A stretch of DNA of 63,634 bases, the filler included, from Thermodesulfobacteriota bacterium (lineage in GTDB: Bacteria > DASVDK01): assembly GCA_036381125.1 (NCBI GenBank). It is 7 parts of 7 records of this genome, joined end to end, with 100 filler letters (N's around TTAATTAATTAA, not from the genome) between each part and the next. Parts side by side here need not be neighbours in the genome. Positions count along the whole stretch, not along the records: positions 54,877 to 61,474 come from DASVDK010000116.1; positions 61,575 to 63,634 come from DASVDK010000177.1; 5 more parts are not named here. The stretch is one strand, 5' to 3'. The translations under genes and the position numbers were made by a program. Positions 55,607 to 63,634 of this stretch are shown one piece after another. The notes beneath the pieces are model-generated. The model was not told the origin of the DNA. It worked only from the letters and a program-made list of their open reading frames with translations, and did not search any database. How positions within the stretch are numbered: the stretch's first letter is position 1; every line of letters begins with the position of its first letter.

Positions 55607-57025
55607 ATGCACACGGTGTCGAAAACGCTTCTCCTGGTCGCCCTGGCGTTCCTGGCCGTCTGGCTGGGAACCCCGAGGGACGCCCAGGCTGTTCCGGCGT
55701 TCGCCCGGCAGACGGGCATGAACTGCAACTCCTGCCACATCGGGACCGACAACGTCCCGAACTTCACGCACACCGGTCGGCTCTTCGCCATGAGGGGCTA
55801 CACGCGACCCTACGTGCGCGAGCGGCTGCGCGCCGACGGTCCGCTGGTCGACGAGCCGCAGTACGGCGGTGACTACCTCGCCCTCAACTGGACCGACTAC
55901 TTCTCGGCCCGCTTCATCTCCAATATCGCGCAGGGCGGTCACGCCGTCGACGGCACGGAGCGCGACTGGACGACGCGGCCGCTGGCCCGCCTGGCCATGT
56001 TCTACACCGGGCCGATCACCGACTGGCTCGGCCTCTGGACCGAGCTCGCCTACCTCGGCAACAACTCGATGCAGTCCGTGACGCCCGGCAATGAAGGGCC
56101 GTCGGGGCTGAACCTCTTCGCCTTCGACGAGTACCGGCTCGCGGCGTCGTGGGACATCGGGACCCGGTCGTTCTTCGGGGTGTCGTTCGGGAACGAGCAC
56201 CCCAACGTCGTCGGCCAGTTCAACTTCCCGGTCTACCTGCCGAACATGTGGGGCGTCGGTCAGGGGGGAGTCGGTAGGTTCATGGAGATCGGGACGCTGA
56301 GCGCCCACGCCCTCCTCGACAGGTGGTGGCTGCAGGTCGCGGCGACCAGCGGCGGCGACAACGTCAACCTGAACGACGGGTGGAACCAGTACCTGAACGT
56401 CTCGTACAACCTGATCAACCGGCAGCGGAACGACCTCTGGCTCACGGGCGAGATCTTCCGCGGCAACGACTTCCCGTCGATCACGCACTCGAAGAAGCAG
56501 AGCTTCATCTGCAACGACCCTGCCGGTTGCCCGGCGGGCATCACGGACGCCAACCTGTCGATCACGAACACCCCGGGTGGGCAGCCGATTCAGGGGGCGC
56601 CGCGCGAGACGGTGGACGACTTCTTCTCGTACAAGGTCGGCATCCACCAGAGCGTGGCGGACATGGGGCCGCACAGCTGGGTCCTCGGCGTGGTGGCGCA
56701 CCAGATGAAGCAGGACTTCGTGAGCGGCGCCGAGGTCGATCGTATGGACGCCGGTGTCACGTTCCGCTACTTCTACCGGAGGACGTACGGCTTCGACGCG
56801 TACGTGCGCGACAGCCTCTGGTACGAGTACACGACCGCCGCCGGCGTGGAGAGGGACGTCTACTCGCGGCCCAACTACGGCATCACCGCGTTGTGGTATC
56901 CCGCGATGAACTTCTCCGTGCACCTGAGCTACTCGTTCGCCCAGAACTACGTGTTCAGCGATCAGCGGCACCTGTATCGAGGCAAGGGAGACAACTACGC
57001 CCTCGGCTTCGAGTACAACTTCTAG
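55607..57025 (+). CDS. cyc2: Cyc2-like cytochrome-porin (N-terminal monoheme, outer-membrane beta-barrel)
   Basis: Signal AQA, then VPAFARQTGMNCNSCH...PNFTHTGRLFAMRGY; aromatic-rich beta strands; C-terminal GFEYNF. Confidence 0.75.
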   Translation: MHTVSKTLLLVALAFLAVWLGTPRDAQAVPAFARQTGMNCNSCHIGTDNVPNFTHTGRLFAMRGYTRPYVRERLRADGPLVDEPQYGGDYLALNWTDYFSARFISNIAQGGHAVDGTERDWTTRPLARLAMFYTGPITDWLGLWTELAYLGNNSMQSVTPGNEGPSGLNLFAFDEYRLAASWDIGTRSFFGVSFGNEHPNVVGQFNFPVYLPNMWGVGQGGVGRFMEIGTLSAHALLDRWWLQVAATSGGDNVNLNDGWNQYLNVSYNLINRQRNDLWLTGEIFRGNDFPSITHSKKQSFICNDPAGCPAGITDANLSITNTPGGQPIQGAPRETVDDFFSYKVGIHQSVADMGPHSWVLGVVAHQMKQDFVSGAEVDRMDAGVTFRYFYRRTYGFDAYVRDSLWYEYTTAAGVERDVYSRPNYGITALWYPAMNFSVHLSYSFAQNYVFSDQRHLYRGKGDNYALGFEYNF

Positions 57026-57126
57026 TGGCACTCTGGACGATGCGGGCCCGGCCGGCGCGAGGGCGCCGGACGGGCCCCTCTTTTCTCGAGACCCCTTTTC
57101 GGGACCAGCTACCGGAATCCAACGAC

Positions 57127-57486
57127 ATGAGACACAGGGCACTGGCAGTGGTGGCAGGGCTCCTCGCGTCCGGCCTCGCCGGCGGCACGCTCGCCGCGGG
57201 CGACGCGCAGGCCGCGGACGCGAAGACCGTGCAGTTCTTCAAGCAGACCTGCGGCATCTGTCACGGCGAGAACGGTCAGGGGACCCCCGGGCTCGCACCG
57301 GCGCTGAAGGGCAACGCGTTCGTCACCGGCGGCGACCCCAAGGAGATCGAGGCGACCATCACCAGGGGTCGGCAGGGTAACCAGAAGCGCTACAAGGAAT
57401 TCGCCTCGCCGATGCCTGCGCACTCGATCGGCGGCAGCCGCCTCCAGGCGCTCGTCGAATACCTCCGGGGCGACCTGCAGAAGTAG
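57127..57486 (+). CDS. Monoheme class I cytochrome c
   Basis: Signal peptide, CGICH, LAPALKGN, PMPAH; paralog of 54877-55219. Confidence 0.9.
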   Translation: MRHRALAVVAGLLASGLAGGTLAAGDAQAADAKTVQFFKQTCGICHGENGQGTPGLAPALKGNAFVTGGDPKEIEATITRGRQGNQKRYKEFASPMPAHSIGGSRLQALVEYLRGDLQK

Positions 57487-57871
57487 CCCCTCGCCCGCGG
57501 CGCCGGAGAGGACGACCGGGTCCTCCCGGCGCCGTGCGTCGGACCTTTCTCCTCGACATCGCACCGCTCGTCTACTACCGTCCCCGCCGTGCCCGAGGGG
57601 GTGCGTCGGCCCGGCCACGTCGCTACCTGATCCGGGAAGCCGGCGCCCGCTTCCACGGCGACCGACCGGGCGCCATCGAGAGGACCCCTTCGGGCACCGG
57701 TGGCGCGTCTCGGCGCACGTCTAGGACGTATCGCCCGACGAGATGGCGCGCCGCGCGGCCGCCGCGACCGGCAAGGCGCCCGCCTCCCGATCTCGTTGCC
57801 CGACCCGGGGGCGGGCCGGGCCGTTCGGAGACCGAGGGGCCGCCGGTCGGGCCGGCGGCCCGGCGAGCCGA

Positions 57872-58040
57872 TCAGCCGGCCACGAGCACGCTCACGCCGC
57901 AGGCCTCGAGGGCGGCGCCGAGGTAGGGCGGCGCCGAGGTCGGGCGGCGGCTCGCGGTCGGTCACGAGCGCCGAGAGGCAGGGCAGGGGGCAGACGACCT
58001 CGAAGAGCTGGACGCCGAACTTGCCGTGGTCGGCGTCGTG
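57872..58040 (-). pseudogene. DeoR/GlpR regulator C-terminal remnant, frameshifted
   Basis: ADHGKFG...ALVTDREPPPDLGAAL/EACGVSVLVAG*; a 16-bp tandem duplication (57909-57924 and 57925-57940) breaks the frame. Confidence 0.6.
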
Positions 58041-58096
58041 CTGCTCGCCCCCGCGGCCGTCGCGGTGGTCGTCGACCACCGGGTGACGCGCCGGCA

Positions 58097-58346
58097 GGCG
58101 TGGTCTACGGCAGCGTCGTGCGGCTCTGGCCGTACAGCTTCGCGCTGTCGCTGCGCCACTACCTGGAGGCGGACCTGACGAGCGGGTTCGCGCCCCTCCT
58201 CGACAGCATCGGCATGGCGCTCACGGCCGCCGTGCTCGGCGCCGGCCTTCTCCACGCTGATCATGCTCACCGTCATCGCCGTGCTGCTGCTCTTCCAGGC
58301 GCGGCTCCGCCCGCTGCGCGTCCGGGACGTCTCGCTGATCGGCTAG
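58097..58346 (+). pseudogene. ABC transporter permease remnant (iron/2-aminoethylphosphonate-type)
   Basis: VYGSVVRLWPYSFALSLRHY...DSIGMALTAAVLG fused out of frame to a terminal TM helix STLIMLTVIAVLLLF. Confidence 0.5.
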
Positions 58347-59173
58347 GCGCGCCGTGGCGTCCAGCGCCCCATGGCGAGCAGCAGACCCTGGATCAGCGCG
58401 AAGGGGTTCGGCGGGCAGCCGGGGACGTAGACGTCGACGGGCAGGATGGCGTCGACGCCCCCGAGGGTCGCGTAGTTGACCCCGAAGATGCCGCCGCTGA
58501 TGCCGCACGCGCCTGCCGCCACCACGAGCCGCGGCGGCGGCATCGCCTCGTAGGCCTTCCGCAGGGGCTCCTCCATGTTCCGTGTGACCGGCCCGGTGAC
58601 CAGGAGGAGATCGGCGTGCCGCGGGGAGGCCACGAAGTGGACGCCGAAGCGCTCGACGTCGTACACGGGGCCCGACAGGTTCGTGATCTCCACCTCGCAG
58701 CCGTTGCACGAGCCGGCGTCCACCTGGCGGACGTGCAGGGAACGGCCGAACAGCCCGTGGGCCGTCCTGGCCAGCTCGTCCCCCGCCCGGACGAGGGAGT
58801 CGTCCGAGAGCAGGCGCACCTGCCGTCCCTCCGCGTCGAGTTCGTAGTGCGCGACGCCGACGAGCGCCTCGCGTCGCGTCGTGGCGAGCTCGCACTCCCC
58901 GCTCATGGTGACGGCCCCCTGCGGATCGGCCTCGGCGCAGAGCCCGCACATGACGCACCTGCCGAGGTCGATGGTGACCTGCCGCCGGTCCGCCGCGTCC
59001 TCCACCCGAATCGCGCCGGTCGGGCAGGCCGCGGCCGCCGGCCGCGCGTCGGACCAGGCGGCGAGGTCGAAGCGAGGCGCGCCGCGCGCGTGCGGCGACA
59101 CCTCGGGCGGCGTCTCGGGATAGCGCGTCGTGAGGATTCCCGCCGCGAGCCGCCGGCGCAGGATGCGGAGCAT
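58343..59173 (-). CDS. Ehr/Hyf small subunit: 4Fe-4S (HyfH-like) domain fused to a NuoB/HyfI domain
   Basis: ACPTGAI, CVMCGLC, VDAGSCNGCE, SPRHAD, GACGISGG, VPGCPP. Confidence 0.88.
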   Translation of the reverse strand: MLRILRRRLAAGILTTRYPETPPEVSPHARGAPRFDLAAWSDARPAAAACPTGAIRVEDAADRRQVTIDLGRCVMCGLCAEADPQGAVTMSGECELATTRREALVGVAHYELDAEGRQVRLLSDDSLVRAGDELARTAHGLFGRSLHVRQVDAGSCNGCEVEITNLSGPVYDVERFGVHFVASPRHADLLLVTGPVTRNMEEPLRKAYEAMPPPRLVVAAGACGISGGIFGVNYATLGGVDAILPVDVYVPGCPPNPFALIQGLLLAMGRWTPRRA

Positions 59174-60693
59174 CAGCGATCGGTCCCCGAGTACGACAGG
59201 TTGAAGCTCTTGTTGATGACGGGGAAGTCCGGAATGATGTTGCCCTGAACGGCCTCCGCGAGGGCCGGCCAGTTGTTCAGGGACGGGTCCTTCACCCGGC
59301 ATCTCGCGAGGCGTCCGTTCGGGCCCACGCGCACCCGGTGCAGGATTTCGCCGCGCCACCCCTCGACCGCGGCGAGGCCGCACCGCCCCTCGACCAGCGG
59401 GGGCAGCGGGACGGACACCGGGCCGTCCGGCAAGGCTGCGAGGGCCTGCCGCACGAGGCCGATCGACTCGCGCACCTCGTCCACCCGTACGCGCATCCGG
59501 TGGAGGACGTCGCCGTGGGGGTAGACGGGAACCCGGAAGCGGAGGTCGCCGTAGGCCGCGTAGGGGCAGTCGCGCCGGACGTCGAGGTCGACGCCCGAGG
59601 CCCGGGCCGCGACTCCGACCACTCCCAGGTCACGGGCGACCTCGGGCTTGAGGACGCCGGTCGCCTCGAGGCGGTCCAGGGTCGAGTGCGACGACTCGAT
59701 CAGCGCGACGACCGACTCGACGTCGCGCTCGATGGCGGGAAGGGCCGCACCGATCATCGCGAGCCGGTCCGCGTCCCGATCGCGCCTGAGCCCGCCGAGG
59801 CAGACCATGCCGCGACCGAGCCGGTTGCCGGTCAGCGCCTCGTTGAGCCGCAGGACGGTTTCCTTCAGCGCGACCGCGTGGGCGTTGGCGACCGGGAAGC
59901 CGACGTCCGTGGCGATCGCGCCGATGTCGGCCACGTGGTTGTAGAGGCGCTCGAGCTCGAGGAGGACGGTCCGGAGGTAGCGCGCGCGCGGCGGGACCTC
60001 GACGCCGGCCGCGGCCTCGACCGCCCCGCAGAAGGCCGCGGCGTGCGAGACGCTCGAGTCCCCCGAGATGCTCTCCGCGAGCAGGACGCCGTGCTCGGGC
60101 GGGAGCGACTCGAAGAGCTTCTCGGTCCCCTTGTGCGTGTAGAAGAGGCGGATCTGGAGGTAGAGCACCGGCTCCCCTGCGACGCTGAAGAGGAAGTGCC
60201 CGGGCTCGATGACGCCCGCGTGCACCGGCCCGACCGGCACCTGCAGAACGCCCTCGCCCTCGACGCGCCGGTAGCGGTGCCGCTCGCCGCGCAAGGGCGG
60301 CAGCGCTCGCCGCAGCTCGAAGTCCTTCCGGAGCGGGAACGTGTCCTCGGGCCAGTTGTCGTGGAGCGCCATGCGTCTGGGGTTGGGGTGGCCGACCGCC
60401 GTGAGCCCCATCCAGTCCTGCACCTCGCGCTCCTGCCAGTTGACGGCGGGGAGCCACGACGCGAGGGCCGGAAACCTCGGTTCGTGCGGAGCAATGGGGG
60501 CCTCGACGACGGCGTAGGCGCGGTCGGCCGGCAGCGCGAGGACGTACGACAGCAGGAAGCGGCCCGAGCCGGCGCGATCGTCCTCGGCGAAGACGGCGGC
60601 CGGCCTCGCTCCCCGCTCGCCGACGAGCGTCCTGACGACCTCCGGCAGCGCCTCGGCGGATGTCGCCACGCGCTCCGTCCTCTGTCCGATCAC
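59173..60693 (-). CDS. Hydrogenase-4-like large subunit (NuoC+NuoD fold) lacking Ni ligands (EhrL-type)
   Basis: ERE..D..G, GHPNPR, VGPVHAGVIEPGHF, EGWRGE, DPSLNNW; ESISGDS and FNLSYSG replace the CxxC motifs. Confidence 0.88.
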   Translation of the reverse strand: MIGQRTERVATSAEALPEVVRTLVGERGARPAAVFAEDDRAGSGRFLLSYVLALPADRAYAVVEAPIAPHEPRFPALASWLPAVNWQEREVQDWMGLTAVGHPNPRRMALHDNWPEDTFPLRKDFELRRALPPLRGERHRYRRVEGEGVLQVPVGPVHAGVIEPGHFLFSVAGEPVLYLQIRLFYTHKGTEKLFESLPPEHGVLLAESISGDSSVSHAAAFCGAVEAAAGVEVPPRARYLRTVLLELERLYNHVADIGAIATDVGFPVANAHAVALKETVLRLNEALTGNRLGRGMVCLGGLRRDRDADRLAMIGAALPAIERDVESVVALIESSHSTLDRLEATGVLKPEVARDLGVVGVAARASGVDLDVRRDCPYAAYGDLRFRVPVYPHGDVLHRMRVRVDEVRESIGLVRQALAALPDGPVSVPLPPLVEGRCGLAAVEGWRGEILHRVRVGPNGRLARCRVKDPSLNNWPALAEAVQGNIIPDFPVINKSFNLSYSGTDR

Positions 60694-61474
60694 CACGGGC
60701 CTCCGACGATCGCCGCCGACTGGCGGATGAGGTCGCCGACCGGCCAGGGAAGCGAGAACCCGAGGCCGAAGGCGAGCGCGCCGGCGACGGCCATGGCGCC
60801 GAGGCTGAAACGGTCCGCCTCCCGCCGCTCGCCCGGCTCGTCGGCGGGCGCGAGGAGGAGGTGCGTCAGCTTCTGCAGGAAGCCGGCGAAGACGGTGACG
60901 GTGCAGGCGAGGAACAGGGCGGCGGCCCACGTCCGCCCGGCCGCCACGGCGCCGCTGAGGATCGTGTACTCGCTCTGGAAGATCGCGAACGGCGGCGATG
61001 CCGTCACGGCGAGCGCGGCGCCGAGGAGGAAGAGGCTCGTGGCGGGCATCGTCCGCAGGAGCCCCCCCCGGATCGCGCCGAGGCTCGCGGTGCCGAACCG
61101 CTGCTGGATCGCGCCGACCGCGAAGAAGAGGACCGGCTTGGTGACGGCGTGGAACGTCATGTGGAGCATCGCCCCGAGCGAGGCGAGCGGCCCGCCTATG
61201 CCGACGGCCGCGACGATGATGCCGGCGTGATCGATGCTCGAGTAGGCCAGGAGGCGGCGAAGGTTGCGCTGGCCGACGACGAAGAGCGCCGCGAGCGCCA
61301 TGGAGGCGAGCCCGAAGATCAGGAGGAGCCTGGAGACGAACGGCGCGCCCACGGCCACGGCGGCCAGGGCGTGGAAGCGGAGGAGGCCGTAGAGGGCGCA
61401 GTTGAGGAGGCCGGCGGCCAGGAGCGTCGCGGTCGGCACCGGGGCCTCGCTGTAGGCGTCGGGCTTCCACGTGT
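60690..61474 (-). CDS. hyfF: HyfF-like proton-translocating membrane subunit (5' truncated)
   Basis: HVWKPDAYSEAP, RRLLAYSSIDHAG, HAVTKPVLF, PPFAIFQSE. Confidence 0.85.
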
Positions 61475-61574
61475 NNNNNNNNNNNNNNNNNNNNNNNNNN
61501 NNNNNNNNNNNNNNNNNNTTAATTAATTAANNNNNNNNNNNNNNNNNNNNNNNNNNNNNNNNNNNNNNNNNNNN
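61475..61574. other. Artificial contig linker
   Basis: N44-TTAATTAATTAA-N44. Confidence 0.98.
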
Positions 61575-61730
61575 GACGTCGAGGCCGCCAGGCGGCGGGT
61601 ATCGACGGCGAGCGCCACGAGCGCGTGGCCGGCGCGTAACCTGTCGATCCGAGAGACGGTCGGCCGGCGGGCGACGAAGCTACCCGGAACCTGGTACCGA
61701 CCGAGCAAGGATCGGCGTCCGCAGACACTC

Positions 61731-63356
61731 ATGGATCCTCGCCGCCGTCCCATCGCGCTGCAGCACGCCCTGCTCGTCGGCGCCGGCCTCGCGGCCGGCC
61801 TCGCCATTCGCGCCGCCAACCTGGGCGGACCCGCCTTCGGGTACGACGAGCTGTATCACGTCTTCGCCGCGAAGGGCCTCCTCGACGGGGAAGGGCTCGC
61901 CTTGCCGTCGGGCAGGCCGTACACGCGCGGCGCCCTCGTGTCGCTCCTCACCGCGGGCGCGTTCGTGCTCTTCGGCGAGCACGAATGGTCCGCCAGGGTC
62001 CCGGCGCTCCTCTTCGGCGCGGCGAGCCTCGTCCTGATCTACGCCGCCGGCCGTACACTCTTCGGCCCGATCGCCGGGGTGACGGCGCTGTGGCTCCTCG
62101 CCCTCTCGCCCGAGGCGGTGGACGCCGATCGGTACGCGCGCATGTACAGCCCGCTCACCGCGTTCGGGCTCCTCGCGGCGCTCGCCGCGTACCGGGCCCT
62201 CGAGGGGGGCGGGCGGCGATGGGCGGTCGTCGCCGTCGCGGCCGCGGCCGTGGCGGTGCACCTCCACCCCGCGGCGCTCATGCTCGTCGTCGCCGTCGGG
62301 GCCTATGCGGCGTCGTGCTGTCTCGCGGCGGCGCTGCGCGGCGAGCGCCAACCACGGCGGCACCTCGCGCTCGCCCTCGGCCTCCTCGCGCTGGCCGCCG
62401 CCTCCGCCCTGACGCCGCCGGTGCGCTCGCTGGTCCGCGAGGCGGCCGCGACGCCGCTGCCGTGGTATCGGCCGGAGCCGGGCGACGTGCTCACCTATCA
62501 CCGGCACCTCGCGGCGACGTACGGTTGGCTCTGGCCGCTCCTCTGGCCGGCCACGTTCGTGGCCCTGCTCACCCGTCCGAGGCCCGGCCTCTTCACGGCC
62601 CTGGCGTTCTGGCTGCAGCTCGTGATCCTCAGCGTGGCGGTGGCGACGAAGCACGTCCGCTACATCATCCATGTCCTCCCGTTCGCCTGGCTCGTCCTCG
62701 GCGGCGCGGCCCAGAGCCTCTGGCCGCCGGCGCGAGACGCCCTTCAGGCTCGCGTGCGAGCCTGGGTGCCGGGGCGGCTCGCGGGCGCGGCAGCATCGGC
62801 CGCCGTGCTCGTCCTCGCCGTCGCGCCGCTCGCCCGCCTGATGCCGTCGGTCCCCGCGGCGGCGTCCCGCCCGTGGCGGACCGAGGGCGCCTTCGCGACG
62901 GGGCACTTCGACGACTGGCGGGGGCTCGAGCGCGAGCTCCGTCCGCGTCTCGACCCCCGCGCCCTGCTCGTCACGCGCGTGCAGCTTGCGGCCCGGTACT
63001 ACCTCGGCCGCCCCGCCCACCACCTCCTCTCGGCGCACGCGCGCCGAGGGGGCGGCGATTGGGAGCAACCGAGCCGGACCGACGACGACCAGGTGCAGCA
63101 CGCCGGAGACCTGGCCAGGCTGAGGCGCCTCGGCGCGCCGGTCTGGCTGGTCGTCGAGGCGTGGCGCTGGGAGCAGCCGGGCTACCTCGACGAGGGGCTC
63201 GTGGCGGCGGCCGCACGTGACTGCCGGCCGGTGCCGGTCGGCGCCGTCGCCTTCGTCGTCTTCGCGTGCGACCCGATCACCGCCGTCGGCCTGGCGCCGG
63301 CCGCGGACCGGTCGGCCGGCGAGCGCGGGGGGACCCGGCCCGAGAGGGGCCGTTAG
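61731..63356 (+). CDS. GT-C fold glycosyltransferase (ArnT/PMT, GT39-like)
   Basis: GYDELYH acidic motif after TM1, GEHEWSARVP, RYARMY, RYI; many TM segments. Confidence 0.8.
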   Translation: MDPRRRPIALQHALLVGAGLAAGLAIRAANLGGPAFGYDELYHVFAAKGLLDGEGLALPSGRPYTRGALVSLLTAGAFVLFGEHEWSARVPALLFGAASLVLIYAAGRTLFGPIAGVTALWLLALSPEAVDADRYARMYSPLTAFGLLAALAAYRALEGGGRRWAVVAVAAAAVAVHLHPAALMLVVAVGAYAASCCLAAALRGERQPRRHLALALGLLALAAASALTPPVRSLVREAAATPLPWYRPEPGDVLTYHRHLAATYGWLWPLLWPATFVALLTRPRPGLFTALAFWLQLVILSVAVATKHVRYIIHVLPFAWLVLGGAAQSLWPPARDALQARVRAWVPGRLAGAAASAAVLVLAVAPLARLMPSVPAAASRPWRTEGAFATGHFDDWRGLERELRPRLDPRALLVTRVQLAARYYLGRPAHHLLSAHARRGGGDWEQPSRTDDDQVQHAGDLARLRRLGAPVWLVVEAWRWEQPGYLDEGLVAAAARDCRPVPVGAVAFVVFACDPITAVGLAPAADRSAGERGGTRPERGR

Positions 63357-63634
63357 GGGCGGGTGAGGCGCGCCGCGAGCAGGTCGGCGAGCGGCGGCAC
63401 GGCGGCGCACGCCGTGCCGGTGAGGACCAGCCCGGCCGGGCTCGATTCGGCGAGCCGCGTGAAGGGCGTCGGGCCGGGATCGACGACGATCATCGGCGCG
63501 CCCCTGGCGGCCACGGTCTCGCACATCCGCGCGGGGAGCGTCGTCGCGCCGCTGGTGCCGACGACGACGAGGAGGTCGGCCGCGGCGGCCGCCCGGAGGG
63601 CGCTCTCGAAGCGGAACCAGTCCTCGTCGTAGTA
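63353..63634 (-). CDS. Sirtuin (Sir2/CobB) NAD-dependent deacylase, C-terminal part
   Basis: Minus strand reads YYDEDWFRFESALRAAAAADLLVVVGTSGATTLP...IVVDPGPTP; not in the ORF track because it runs off the window. Confidence 0.75.
   Translation of the reverse strand, partial: YYDEDWFRFESALRAAAAADLLVVVGTSGATTLPARMCETVAARGAPMIVVDPGPTPFTRLAESSPAGLVLTGTACAAVPPLADLLAARLTRP

Noticed and set aside
57534-57926. 130-aa ORF downstream of the cytochrome
   Set aside because: No recognisable motifs; lies in a decayed region and may be a remnant.
59173-60693. [NiFe]-hydrogenase large subunit
   Set aside because: Both Ni-binding CxxC motifs are absent; classed as Ehr-type.

Overview
This is a very GC-rich bacterial sequence made of seven pieces (1-18112, 18213-26817, 26918-34172, 34273-41449, 41550-54776, 54877-61474, 61575-63634). 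They are joined by artificial 100-bp N/TTAATTAATTAA linkers, so adjacency across linkers is not guaranteed. The leuS-lptE-holA/rpsT block, an outer-membrane beta-barrel and PilZ proteins point to a diderm host, probably Deltaproteobacteria/Myxococcota-like (inference). Most long GC-rich ORFs in the track are shadow frames. Routine content: a TTT transporter, a Liv-type ABC transporter, AmpG, a NarL-type two-component pair, MazG, a GH57 branching enzyme, PhoH, LtaE, a class II ribonucleotide reductase with a LAGLIDADG intein and tandem NrdR boxes, a family-B DNA polymerase, an IS630 remnant and a Ni-less Ehr/Hyf-like complex. The best candidate for an undescribed system is a 1.1-kaa fusion of PilZ domains, a LuxD-like acyl-thioesterase and a SAM methyltransferase. 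It lies directly upstream of a membrane sensor kinase and may be a c-di-GMP-gated fatty-acid-methyl-ester signal synthase/receptor pair, analogous to PhcB/PhcS. Other highlights: (1) a DUF222-HNH gene bracketed by covarying perfect palindromes; (2) a Cyc2-like cytochrome-porin flanked by two paralogous monoheme cytochromes; (3) a DsbA/FrnE-like selenoprotein (in-frame TGA plus SECIS hairpin) missed by the ORF track; (4) a DnaA-box cluster near rpsT; (5) REP-like repeats bracketing the TTT operon. All family calls come from motif recognition by eye; no database searches were run.
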